In this document: positions 9,736 through 18,832 of the stretch, one piece after another
Layout of the letters: each line of letters opens with the position of its first letter
Position numbering within the stretch: position 1 is the stretch's first letter
Made by a program: the position numbers and the translations under genes
Notes under the pieces: model-generated
Told to the model about the DNA's origin: nothing
Databases searched by the model: none
Seen by the model: only the letters and a program-made list of their open reading frames with translations
Source: an uncultured Marinoscillum sp.
Lineage (GTDB): Bacteria; Bacteroidota; Bacteroidia; Cytophagales; MED-G16
NCBI GenBank assembly: GCA_964467915.1
Contig: CAYXSW010000006.1
Coordinates: forward strand, 3,915-67,914
Length of the DNA: 64,000 nt
Direction: 5' to 3'

Positions 9736-11420
9736 TCTAATCTAATATTTGAAACAGATTCTCCAGATGGTACCATTGGAAAAACATTTTCTTCTTTTTC
9801 GACAATTACATTAAGTAAATATGGTCCCTCAAAATTTATAAACTCTTCTAAAACAGTATTTAAATCTTTTCTTTTTTCAAGTTTTTTATTTTTAATACCA
9901 TAACCATCACTTATTTTGTTAAAATCTGGATTAATCATTTCAGTAAAAGAGTACCTATTATCAAAAAATAATTCTTGCCATTGTCTAACCATGCCCAGAA
10001 AATTATTATTGAGTATTAAAATTTTAACAGCTATTTTATATTGGGCTATTGTAGCTAATTCTTGAATTGTCATTTGTATTCCTCCATCTCCTATAATTGC
10101 AATTACTTCTCTTTTTTGATTTCCTAATTTTGCTCCCATAGATGCGGGCAAGGCAAAACCCATTGTTCCTAAACCTCCTGAGGTGATATTGCTATTTGAC
10201 TTTTTAAATTTGTAGTATCTTGATGCTATCATCTGATGCTGACCAACATCAGTTACTATTATGGAATTACCTTTTGTTAATTCAGATAATTTATTAATTA
10301 CTTCGGCCATTGAAAGCTGTTTCTTTTTGCCACTTATCTCATTTTTGATTACTTTATTATATTCGATCTCATCACATCTCCTGAATTCAGAAATCCATTC
10401 ATTAAATTTCATTTCATTGACATGGGATATTAAGTGTGTTAACGCTTCTTTTGCATCTGCATTAATAGCCACATCGGTTTTAATTATCTTATCAATTTCT
10501 GACGGATCGATTTCTATATGAACCACTTTAGCATTAACTGCATATTTTGTTGTGTCTCCAGTCACCCTATCATCAAATCTCATTCCTATAGCAATAATTA
10601 AATCAGCTTCGTTAGTTTTTATATTAGGACCATAATTTCCGTGCATTCCTAAGTAACCCACATAATTTTTATGATTACAGTTTAGTGCTGATAACCCTAA
10701 AAGGGTAGATGCTACTGGAATTCCAGTTTTTTCAGTGAAATTTAAAAGTTCTTTTTGGGCATTGGATAGGAGAACACCTTGACCTATAAGAATAAGAGGT
10801 TTTTTTGACCTATTAATTAATTTTGCTGCTTCTATTATTTTATCTTGATCTAGGATAGGATAAGGATGATAACTTCTAATCTTTTCACATCTTTTATAAT
10901 GAAATTTTACTTTAGAGAATTGAGCATCTTTAGTAATATCTATTAGTACAGGGCCTGGTCTACCAGATTTTGCAATGTAGAATGCCTTAGAAATAACACT
11001 TTGTATTTCTTCTGAATTAGTAATTTGATAATTCCATTTTGTTACAGGCATTGAAATTCCAATTATATCAGACTCTTGAAAAGCATCTGTTCCAAGTAGT
11101 TGAGATGGGACTTGTCCAGTTATGCAAACAAGGGGTGTTGAATCAATCTGAGCATCAGCTAATCCAGTTATTAGATTAGTTGCTCCAGGACCTGAGGTTG
11201 CAAAACAAACACCAACTTTTCCTGAGACTCTGGAATAACCTTGAGATGCGTGTATAGCTCCTTGCTCATGTCTAGATAATATATGATTTATCTTATTCAT
11301 ATGTGAATAGAGAGAATCATAGATAGGCATTATAGCACCACCAGGATAACCGAATATAGTATCTACACCTTCTTCTATTAAAGATTTTATTATTGCTTCT
11401 GAACCTTGAATATTTTTCAT
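9732..11420 (-). CDS. ilvB: acetolactate synthase large subunit (ThDP-dependent)
   Basis: 562 aa. Motifs IFGYPGGAIMPIYD and IGDGGIQMTIQELATI...LNNNFLGMVRQWQ. Confidence 0.95.
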   Translation of the reverse strand: MKNIQGSEAIIKSLIEEGVDTIFGYPGGAIMPIYDSLYSHMNKINHILSRHEQGAIHASQGYSRVSGKVGVCFATSGPGATNLITGLADAQIDSTPLVCITGQVPSQLLGTDAFQESDIIGISMPVTKWNYQITNSEEIQSVISKAFYIAKSGRPGPVLIDITKDAQFSKVKFHYKRCEKIRSYHPYPILDQDKIIEAAKLINRSKKPLILIGQGVLLSNAQKELLNFTEKTGIPVASTLLGLSALNCNHKNYVGYLGMHGNYGPNIKTNEADLIIAIGMRFDDRVTGDTTKYAVNAKVVHIEIDPSEIDKIIKTDVAINADAKEALTHLISHVNEMKFNEWISEFRRCDEIEYNKVIKNEISGKKKQLSMAEVINKLSELTKGNSIIVTDVGQHQMIASRYYKFKKSNSNITSGGLGTMGFALPASMGAKLGNQKREVIAIIGDGGIQMTIQELATIAQYKIAVKILILNNNFLGMVRQWQELFFDNRYSFTEMINPDFNKISDGYGIKNKKLEKRKDLNTVLEEFINFEGPYLLNVIVEKEENVFPMVPSGESVSNIRLE

Positions 11421-11423
11421 AAT

Positions 11424-13088
11424 TTAATCAGTAATACATCCTTTTGAAGCAGAGGATACGGTGTTTATATATTTTTTTACAACTCCTTTGTAATTATAGT
11501 GTTGATGTAATTTTATTTTTTTTATTCTTTTTTCAAACTCTTTATCATCAATTTTTAAATCAATTTTATTTGATATTGCATCTATTACAATTTTATCTCC
11601 ATTTTTTATAATAGATATTGGTCCACCTTCAAAAGATTCAGGGGTAATATGTCCAACTACAAATCCATGAGAGCCACCAGAAAACCTTCCATCAGTTATT
11701 AGTGCTACATCTTTTCCAAGACCTGCTCCTATTACAGCACTAGTTGGCTTTAACATCTCTGGCATTCCAGGTCCTCCCTTAGGCCCGGAATTTCTGATAA
11801 CAATTACGTCACCTTTTTTCACTTCTGTCTTGATACCATTTATTGCATCAAATTCATTTTCAAATACAACTGCATTTCCCTCGAAAATTTCACCTTCTTT
11901 TCCTGTTATTTTAGCTACAGCTCCATGTGGTGCAATATTACCGTATAGAATTTGAATGTGTCCATTTTTTTTAATTGGGTTATTAAATGATTTAATTATA
12001 TTTTTATCTATAGAGGGAGATGTGTTTTTTAAATTTTCTTCTATGGTTTTACCAGTTACTGTAACACAATCACCATGTAAATATCCTTTTTCAAGCATAT
12101 ATTTCATTAAAGTTGGAGTTCCTCCCATCTTATGTAAGTCTTCCATTAAAAATTCACCACTTGGCTTAAGATTAGCTATAAAAGGAGTTTTATCACTAAA
12201 GGTTTGAAAATCATCTATTGAAAGCTCAACATCTACTGATTTTGCCATTGCAATTAAATGAAGAACAGCATTAGTAGAGCCTCCTAATACCATTATGATT
12301 GATAGGGCATTTTCAAAAGCTTTTCTTGTCATTATTTCTTTTGGGCGAATATCTTCTTTAAGTAAATTAAAAATAGCTTTTCCTAAATTTTGAGTCTCCT
12401 TAATTTTATTGTTACTTTCTGCTGGATTAGATGAACTATAGGGTAAACTCATTCCAAGAGCCTCAATTGCTGATGACATTGTATTTGCAGTGTACATTCC
12501 ACCACAAGCTCCTGGTCCAGGAATACTATTTTTAATAATCCCTTTATATTCTTCATTTGATATAACCCCTTTAATTTTTTCTCCATACGCTTCAAAAGCT
12601 GAAACTATATTTAAACTTTTATTATTATATTTTCCAGATTTTATTGTGCCACCATAAACTAGAATTGATGGTCTATTTAATCTTCCAATTGCCATCATTG
12701 CCCCTGGCATATTTTTATCACAGCCCACAACAGAAATTAATCCATCATAAAATTGAGCATTTACAATAGTTTCAATTGAGTCAGCAATTATCTCTCTTGA
12801 AATAAGAGAGTATGTCATCCCTTTAGTCCCATTAGTAATCCCATCACTTACTCCTATAGTATTAAAAATTAGTCCAACTAAATTTTCATCTATTACACTA
12901 CTCTTAATTTCTTTAGCTAATTTATTTAAATGCATGTTGCAAGGATTTCCTTCAAATCCTGTGCTAGCAATACCTACTTGAGGTTTTTTAAAATCATCAT
13001 CTTTTAAGCCAATTCCATAAAGCATTGCTTGCGCTGCAGGTAATGACTCATCTTGAGTTATTTTCTTACTATATTTATTTAGTTTCAT
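11424..13088 (-). CDS. ilvD: dihydroxy-acid dehydratase
   Basis: Motifs [16 protein letters not shown] and [21 protein letters not shown] prefer ATG 13088 ([13 protein letters not shown], the usual N-terminus) over the ORF-track ATG 13103, which adds MDFFI and lies inside a hairpin. Confidence 0.93.
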   Translation of the reverse strand: MKLNKYSKKITQDESLPAAQAMLYGIGLKDDDFKKPQVGIASTGFEGNPCNMHLNKLAKEIKSSVIDENLVGLIFNTIGVSDGITNGTKGMTYSLISREIIADSIETIVNAQFYDGLISVVGCDKNMPGAMMAIGRLNRPSILVYGGTIKSGKYNNKSLNIVSAFEAYGEKIKGVISNEEYKGIIKNSIPGPGACGGMYTANTMSSAIEALGMSLPYSSSNPAESNNKIKETQNLGKAIFNLLKEDIRPKEIMTRKAFENALSIIMVLGGSTNAVLHLIAMAKSVDVELSIDDFQTFSDKTPFIANLKPSGEFLMEDLHKMGGTPTLMKYMLEKGYLHGDCVTVTGKTIEENLKNTSPSIDKNIIKSFNNPIKKNGHIQILYGNIAPHGAVAKITGKEGEIFEGNAVVFENEFDAINGIKTEVKKGDVIVIRNSGPKGGPGMPEMLKPTSAVIGAGLGKDVALITDGRFSGGSHGFVVGHITPESFEGGPISIIKNGDKIVIDAISNKIDLKIDDKEFEKRIKKIKLHQHYNYKGVVKKYINTVSSASKGCITD

Positions 13089-13119
13089 AATAAAAAAATC
13101 CATTCTTCTAAGGAATGGA
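13089..13119 (-). promoter_or_regulatory. terminator-like hairpin plus U7 tract in the ilvD 5' leader (possible attenuator)
   Basis: Minus-strand RNA reads UCCAUUC-CUUAGAA-GAAUGGA-UUUUUUUAUU-AUG. The 7-bp stem is 13099..13105 / 13113..13119, and the U-run ends 3 nt before ATG 13088. The stem is weak and function is unproven. Confidence 0.3.
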
Positions 13120-13189
13120 ATTAAAAATATATATTAGTGACTATATTAGTTTGGTATAAAAGTAGCTATTTAAGTTTTTATTTGAAAGT

Positions 13190-14416
13190 ATGATAACAAA
13201 TGATGCAGTAATTTTCGGAATATTATTTTCAATATTAGGCTTAGTTTTTTTTACCTATAACTCTAAATTATCATTTTGGAAAAAATTTTATACTCTTTTT
13301 CCTGTTATTTTAGTTTGTTATTTTTTGCCTTCATTTTTTAATTCTACTGGCATTATTAACTCTGAAAATTCAAATTTATATTATGTTGCTTCCAGGTATC
13401 TTCTTCCTTGCTCTTTAGTTCTATTAACCTTAAGTGTTGATATAAAAGAAATACTTAAGTTAGGACCTAAAGCCTTAATTATGTTTTTTACTGGAACTTT
13501 AGGTATATTATTGGGAGGCCCATTCTCATTATTTGTTATTAAATTTTTTTTTCCTGAAATACTCAATATAGAAATAAAAGAATTGGCAAATGGCATGACT
13601 ACTATTGCAGGTAGCTGGATAGGAGGTGGAGCAAACCAGGCTGCAATGATGGAGGTTTTTAATGTAGATTCTAATTTATTTTCCAAAATGGTTGCAGTGG
13701 ATATAATTTGCGCTAATGTTTTACTTGCTATATTATTAATTGGAGTAAATAAAAGTAAGCTAATTGATAAAAAATTAAATGCTGATAGTAGTTCAATTGA
13801 AGATATTAAAGATAGAATAGAAAATTATAATCGAAGCATTATGAAAATACCGGATCTCAAAGATTTAATTTTTATTCTTTCTATTGGATTTGGAGTTACA
13901 GGATTTTCACATTTGATTGGTGACTTTTTATCTTCATTTATTTCAAATAATTATCCCTTTCTTGAGAAGTACAGTTTAAGTTCAAATTTCTTTTGGTTAG
14001 TAATTATTTCTACTTCGCTTGGTGTTTTATTGTCTTTTACTAAACTTAGAAAGCTAGAGGGTTCTGGTTCCTCTAAAATTGGTGGTTTATTTATTTACGT
14101 TTTAGTTTTAACAATTGGACTCAAGATGGATTTACTTGCTATTTTCCAGAATCCTGGTTTATTTTTACTTGGATTTATTTGGATTGGTTTTCATTTTACT
14201 CTTTTAATAGTTGTTGCTAAAATAATAAAAGCTCCATTTTTCTTTATAGCAGTAGGAAGTCAAGCTAATGTTGGTGGTGCTGCCTCAGCACCGATTGTAG
14301 CGTCTGCTTTTCATCCTTCTCTCGCAGCTGTTGGTGTGCTTCTTGCTGTTTTAGGGTATGCTGTTGGGACTTATGCTGCCTACATATGTGGAATCATAAT
14401 GCAAAGTATGATTTAA
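13190..14416 (+). CDS. DUF819-family integral membrane protein
   Basis: 408 aa, polytopic. The motif TIAGSWIGGGANQAAM is as I recall for DUF819 proteins. Confidence 0.7.
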   Translation: MITNDAVIFGILFSILGLVFFTYNSKLSFWKKFYTLFPVILVCYFLPSFFNSTGIINSENSNLYYVASRYLLPCSLVLLTLSVDIKEILKLGPKALIMFFTGTLGILLGGPFSLFVIKFFFPEILNIEIKELANGMTTIAGSWIGGGANQAAMMEVFNVDSNLFSKMVAVDIICANVLLAILLIGVNKSKLIDKKLNADSSSIEDIKDRIENYNRSIMKIPDLKDLIFILSIGFGVTGFSHLIGDFLSSFISNNYPFLEKYSLSSNFFWLVIISTSLGVLLSFTKLRKLEGSGSSKIGGLFIYVLVLTIGLKMDLLAIFQNPGLFLLGFIWIGFHFTLLIVVAKIIKAPFFFIAVGSQANVGGAASAPIVASAFHPSLAAVGVLLAVLGYAVGTYAAYICGIIMQSMI

Positions 14417-14961
14417 TTGGGTCTAAGTTCTCCTCTTAAAAACATGTTATATTCATCACACGTTAGAAAACCTTTATTATCACTAAATGGACATGTTTTG
14501 TAAATTTTTGATACTTCTGTCTCTAAAATCATTACTGAACTCCCTTCACATATTGGACAAATTTTTCTATTATTTTTACATTTGATATAATTGTATGAAA
14601 ATAGTTTTACGTAGACATTTTCTATATCTTTTTCTGATTCTAATAAATTTTTAGCGTTTGAAAGTTCTAAAAATTTTATTGATTCATCAGAGTGTATTCC
14701 TGACTCTCCTTTTAGTTCTAAATATTTATTTAACCAATTTATTGATTGTTTATATTTTTTGAGAAAAAAAGAATTTTTGCCAAACAAGAATGCTATTTCA
14801 GATGAAACTTTATTATTACTTAAAATATTTTTTTTAAGAATAGAATCTGCTTTATTGTAATTTTTTTTTAAAATAAAATTTTCAACTTTTTCAATTTCTG
14901 AAACTTGAGAAAAGGATATATTTAATGAGAAAAAAAAGAATAAAAAAAATATTTTTTTCAA
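14413..14961 (-). CDS. hypothetical secreted protein, TPR-like region plus Cys-rich (CxxCxGxx) C-terminus
   Basis: 182 aa with signal peptide KKIFFLFFFFSLNISFSQ. C-terminus is CKNNRKICPICEGSS...CPFSDNKGFLTC. The only start that keeps the signal peptide is TTG at 14961. Confidence 0.6.
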   Translation of the reverse strand: MKKIFFLFFFFSLNISFSQVSEIEKVENFILKKNYNKADSILKKNILSNNKVSSEIAFLFGKNSFFLKKYKQSINWLNKYLELKGESGIHSDESIKFLELSNAKNLLESEKDIENVYVKLFSYNYIKCKNNRKICPICEGSSVMILETEVSKIYKTCPFSDNKGFLTCDEYNMFLRGELRPN

Positions 14962-14973
14962 ATTGTTTTTATT

Positions 14974-15468
14974 TTATCGAAGTACAACTCCCTTTTTTTT
15001 AAAAACTTGAATTTTAAACTCTTTTCTGACATATGTTGAAAGTTTATACTGATTTTCAGAAATATCATTTGAGTTTTTACTAAATACTGTTATTGATAAT
15101 ATATTTTTTAAAAAACTATAATTTTTAAGCATTTTATTAGTTTCATTATTAAAAAATGTTACCCATCTATTCTTATAAAACTCGTGGTGAGAGCTACCAT
15201 CCCACAAGAAGCTTAACTGAACTTCTCCAAAGTTATATCTGTATATTGTTGAAATTTTTTTGTAGAAAAAGTTTAGTAATTGTTCATTGTCAATTTTATA
15301 TTTTTTTAAACAAATAGTTGTTGAATCAATTAAACCAAGAGAGTTTGTTTTTTTTTCATATTTTAATATTGATTTTTTTATGAGGTTATTTATAAGGTAG
15401 TTTTTTGTGTCTCTTTGGGCTTTTTTTAAAATATAATTTTTATCCTGTTTAAATAGCTTAGTCGGCAT
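14974..15468 (-). CDS. hypothetical protein (no signal peptide)
   Basis: The ORF-track start 15474 is TTG. ATG 15468 (MPTKLFKQ...) is preceded by a perfect -7 box at a 3-nt gap. No motif recognised. Confidence 0.55.
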   Translation of the reverse strand: MPTKLFKQDKNYILKKAQRDTKNYLINNLIKKSILKYEKKTNSLGLIDSTTICLKKYKIDNEQLLNFFYKKISTIYRYNFGEVQLSFLWDGSSHHEFYKNRWVTFFNNETNKMLKNYSFLKNILSITVFSKNSNDISENQYKLSTYVRKEFKIQVFKKKGVVLR

Positions 15469-15471
15469 GTC

Positions 15472-15479
15472 CAAATTTA
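15472..15479 (-). promoter_or_regulatory. putative -7 promoter box TAAATTTG, 3 nt upstream of ATG 15468
   Basis: Plus strand caaattta is TAAATTTG on the minus strand, followed by gac and then ATG. Confidence 0.45.
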
Positions 15480-15603
15480 TATAAATTTGTTTAGATTTAT
15501 AGTGTTAAAACAAATTAGGATTTTGATACGTTTTAACAAAATTGGTTTAAAACTAAATTAACATTTTAATTTCGAACCTTTGATTTATAACTTTACTTTA
15601 CAT

Positions 15604-18261
15604 ATGAAAAACAATTACAAAATTTTATTACAATTTTTTGTAGTTTTTTTAATCTCTTTTGCTTCATTTTCACAATCTCGAGTTTCTGGGGTAGTTGTTG
15701 ATGGTTCAACTAATGAACCTCTTACTGGAGCCAATGTATCGATTAAAGGAACTACTGAAGGTACATTCACCGGTTTGGATGGATCTTTTTCTTTCTCTGC
15801 TTCTTCTGCTTCTAATTCTACTGTTTTAATAACCTATATTGGTTATGAAGATTTAGAATTACCAAATACAGGTGATTTAGGAAAGATAGAACTGAATTCT
15901 CTCAACATTTCTCTTGATGAGGTTAGAGTAACGGCAGATTATGGAATTGATAGAAAGACCCCTACTACGTTTACTAATGTATCAACTCGTTATGTTGAAG
16001 AGTATGCTGGAACTCAAGAAGTCCCAGAATTATTAAAAATGATACCAGGAGTATATACTACTAAAGAAGGAGGAGGTGTCGGTGACTCAAGAGTATATAT
16101 TAGAGGGTTTGCTCAAGAAAATATAACCGTTATGATTAATGGTGTTCCCGTAAATGATATGGAAAATGGTAGAGTATACTGGTCAAACTGGAATGGATTA
16201 GGAGATGTAACTTCAGCTATGCAAGTTGTTAGAGGTTTAGGTGCTTCTAAACTAGCTATTGGCTCAATTGGTGGTACAATAAACATTATAACAAAGTCAA
16301 TTGATTCCAAGAAAGGCGGTTCTTATATGCAACAAGTTTCAGATTATGGGCAGTTTAAAGAAACTATCTCATATAATACTGGTAGAATGAATAATGATTG
16401 GGCTATATCACTTTTATTTTCAAGAACAGATGGAAAAGGATATGTGGACGGATCATATGTTAATGCTAATACATACTTTCTTTCAGTGACTAAAGAATTT
16501 AATGAAAATAATTCCTTAGTTTTAACAGCTATAGGTGCTCCACAGAAACACGGACAAAGAGACCAATATTTAACTCCTGCAGAAGTTGATCAGTATGGTC
16601 ACAAATATAACAGAGATTGGGGTTATTTGAATGGTGAAGTTCAAAATGGTAGAAATAATTATTATCATAAACCTCACATTGTGTTGAATCACTATTATAA
16701 TATGAATGAAAATACATCTTTGAATACTTCAGTGTATGCGTCATATGGTAAAGGTGGTGGTTCTGGTCCTCTTGGTGATTATAGTAGATACTATGGACCA
16801 GTTGACAGAACTTCTGATGGCCTAATTAATTGGGATGCTATTGTTGCAGATAATGTTGCTGATCAAGGAAATTCAGCAAAATATGGTCTTGCAACTACGG
16901 CAGGTTCATCTATGATTTTAAGAAACTCTGTGAATAATCATAAATGGTATGGTGTTCTTTCAAACCTTGAACATGAGTTTAATGATAATCTATCTTTAAC
17001 TGTAGGGTTAGATGCAAGAACTTATACTGGTGAACATTTCAGAGAAGTTAGGAATTTATTAGGAGGTTCTCACTGGCTTGAGTTATATAAGTACACAGTA
17101 GATTATAGTAGAAATTCTGATAAGTCATCATATGGTGATGGTGGAATTAGAGATCATTTAAAATATGTTAATGAAAATTCTACTTCTTTATTTTTTACTA
17201 AAACTCCTGAGAATCAAAGAATTGCATATGATAATGATGGTATTCATAGATATGCAGGTCTACATGGTCAGCTAGAGTACAGCGATGATAAGTTTTCTGC
17301 TTTCGCTGGTGGTTCAGTTTCTAGAACTCAATATGTTAGAGTTGACAGAATGAATTATGCTGGTGTTGAAAATGGAGGAAAAGATCAAACTTCTGAAAAA
17401 GTTAATATAACTGGTCATAATGTTAAAGCAGGATTTAATTTTAATATTTCTGATGCAAGTAACATATACTTAAATGCTGGTTCATTCTCAAGAGCTCCTT
17501 TCTTTAACTTTGTATTTACTAACTACCAAAACGTAGTTGTTGATCCATTGGAAAATGAGAAGGCTAGATCAATTGAGTTTGGATATGGTTTTAAGTCTCA
17601 AAAATTTGCAGCCAAAATAAATGCTTATATGACTAAGTGGGTTGACAAAGGACTATTATCTCCAAGGGTAACTATTGGTGGTGTTGCTACAAGATCTGCT
17701 ATTAGAAATCAAAATGCTTTACATAAAGGTGTTGAGTTAGAGTGGAATACTAGATTAGTACCAAAACTTGATATTGGGGGAATTCTTTCATTAGGTGAAT
17801 TTAGATGGGCTAATGATGTTCAAGGAGAAATAAGAAGTGATGGAGATCTTGACATTATTAACATTGATATTTATTCTAATAATTTATATGTTGGAAACCA
17901 TCCTCAGTCTCAGATTGGTTTTACTGGTAGATATCAACTAAATAATACTATCGATTTTGGTGGTCAATATCTTTATAATGCTAAACTTTATTCTGATTAT
18001 GATATCACTGATAGAGATGATAAAAACCAAGCAAATAGACAACCATTCCAATTAGATAATTATGGAGTGCTTGACTTAAGGGTTGGTGCTAGATTCAAAC
18101 TTGGTAATATTGGTGCTTATGCTCAAGTACAAGGTTACAATATATTAGATAAGATATATTGGGCAAGAGGAATTGAGAGTACTGGCGCTGTTCCAAGTTT
18201 AAAAGAAGGATTTCCAAGTTATGGAAGAACTTTAAACTTTTCTTTAAAGTTAACTTTCTAG
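15604..18261 (+). CDS. TonB-dependent outer-membrane receptor with N-terminal CarboxypepD_reg-like domain
   Basis: Signal peptide KILLQFFVVFLISFASFSQ. Motifs VSGVVVDGSTNEPLTGANVSIKGT (CarboxypepD_reg), the plug motif IPGVYTTKEGGGVGDSRVYIRGF, and a C-terminal barrel ending GRTLNFSLKLTF. ATG 15604 is preferred over the track's TTG 15580. Confidence 0.9.
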   Translation: MKNNYKILLQFFVVFLISFASFSQSRVSGVVVDGSTNEPLTGANVSIKGTTEGTFTGLDGSFSFSASSASNSTVLITYIGYEDLELPNTGDLGKIELNSLNISLDEVRVTADYGIDRKTPTTFTNVSTRYVEEYAGTQEVPELLKMIPGVYTTKEGGGVGDSRVYIRGFAQENITVMINGVPVNDMENGRVYWSNWNGLGDVTSAMQVVRGLGASKLAIGSIGGTINIITKSIDSKKGGSYMQQVSDYGQFKETISYNTGRMNNDWAISLLFSRTDGKGYVDGSYVNANTYFLSVTKEFNENNSLVLTAIGAPQKHGQRDQYLTPAEVDQYGHKYNRDWGYLNGEVQNGRNNYYHKPHIVLNHYYNMNENTSLNTSVYASYGKGGGSGPLGDYSRYYGPVDRTSDGLINWDAIVADNVADQGNSAKYGLATTAGSSMILRNSVNNHKWYGVLSNLEHEFNDNLSLTVGLDARTYTGEHFREVRNLLGGSHWLELYKYTVDYSRNSDKSSYGDGGIRDHLKYVNENSTSLFFTKTPENQRIAYDNDGIHRYAGLHGQLEYSDDKFSAFAGGSVSRTQYVRVDRMNYAGVENGGKDQTSEKVNITGHNVKAGFNFNISDASNIYLNAGSFSRAPFFNFVFTNYQNVVVDPLENEKARSIEFGYGFKSQKFAAKINAYMTKWVDKGLLSPRVTIGGVATRSAIRNQNALHKGVELEWNTRLVPKLDIGGILSLGEFRWANDVQGEIRSDGDLDIINIDIYSNNLYVGNHPQSQIGFTGRYQLNNTIDFGGQYLYNAKLYSDYDITDRDDKNQANRQPFQLDNYGVLDLRVGARFKLGNIGAYAQVQGYNILDKIYWARGIESTGAVPSLKEGFPSYGRTLNFSLKLTF

Positions 18262-18280
18262 TTAAATTATAATCTTAAGA

Positions 18281-18315
18281 AAAGGTCATCATTTTATGGT
18301 GACCTTTTTTTTATA
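18281..18315 (+). terminator. rho-independent terminator after the TonB-dependent receptor
   Basis: AAAGGTCAUCA-UUUUA-UGGUGACCUUU, an 11-bp stem with one G-U pair, followed by UUUUUUU. It begins 20 nt after the stop. Confidence 0.65.
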
Positions 18316-18341
18316 AATTATATTCTTTAACTTTTATAAAT

Positions 18342-18349
18342 TAGATTTG
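18342..18349 (+). promoter_or_regulatory. putative -7 promoter box TAGATTTG, 4 nt upstream of ATG 18354
   Basis: Perfect TAnnTTTG followed by tact and then ATG. It lies downstream of the terminator at 18281..18315. Confidence 0.45.
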
Positions 18350-18353
18350 TACT

Positions 18354-18785
18354 ATGAAAAATATTCTTTTATATACCACATTTTTATTTTTAATATTGTT
18401 CGCATGTAATAGTGTAGATCCAACTCCAGAACCTGATGACCCATTGGATATTCAAGCTAATTTATTAAATGGCACATGGATTTTAAAAGACGCCTCTTCT
18501 GCTGTTAAGGATAGCAATGTCATATCAGAGTTTAAAGATTTAACACTTACAATATCTGGAGCTACAAAGAGTGGTGGTAATTATGCAACTACAAATTCTA
18601 TTGATTCTGGTGTTTGGCCAAATTCAGGTTCTTGGCAATTTCAAAATAATGATAAAAGTAAATTATTAAGAAGTGACAATGTTGTTATAAGTATATCTGT
18701 AACACAAACAACTCTTAGAACTAGTTTTACTGTAGTTGGTGGACTTAAGGAAGGTAATTGGGTATTTGATTTTATAAAACAGTAA
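18354..18785 (+). CDS. small lipoprotein (possible lipocalin-like beta-barrel), hypothetical
   Basis: 143 aa. Lipobox LILFAC followed by the acidic stretch NSVDPTPEPDDPLD. Beta-rich remainder (LLNGTWILKD...). Confidence 0.65.
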   Translation: MKNILLYTTFLFLILFACNSVDPTPEPDDPLDIQANLLNGTWILKDASSAVKDSNVISEFKDLTLTISGATKSGGNYATTNSIDSGVWPNSGSWQFQNNDKSKLLRSDNVVISISVTQTTLRTSFTVVGGLKEGNWVFDFIKQ

Positions 18786-18832
18786 TTCTTATTTCTTCCT
18801 TTAGTATGGGATTTTGATTAGATAATAATTAA

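Noticed and set aside
13089-13103. The ORF-track N-terminal extension of ilvD (MDFFI), and TTG-initiated extensions of the genes at 15474, 15580, 26774 and 49600
   Set aside because: The downstream ATGs give N-termini matching the conserved family starts or intact signal peptides. Several of the extensions would also overlap the predicted -7 boxes or the leader hairpin.
15604-18261. Visibly higher G/C and different codon usage in the TonB-dependent receptor gene, as a possible sign of horizontal transfer
   Set aside because: There are no flanking mobility genes, tRNA or repeats. The same trend is visible in other presumably highly expressed genes (ilvC, the symporter). I could not compute the composition, so it is better explained by expression-linked codon bias.
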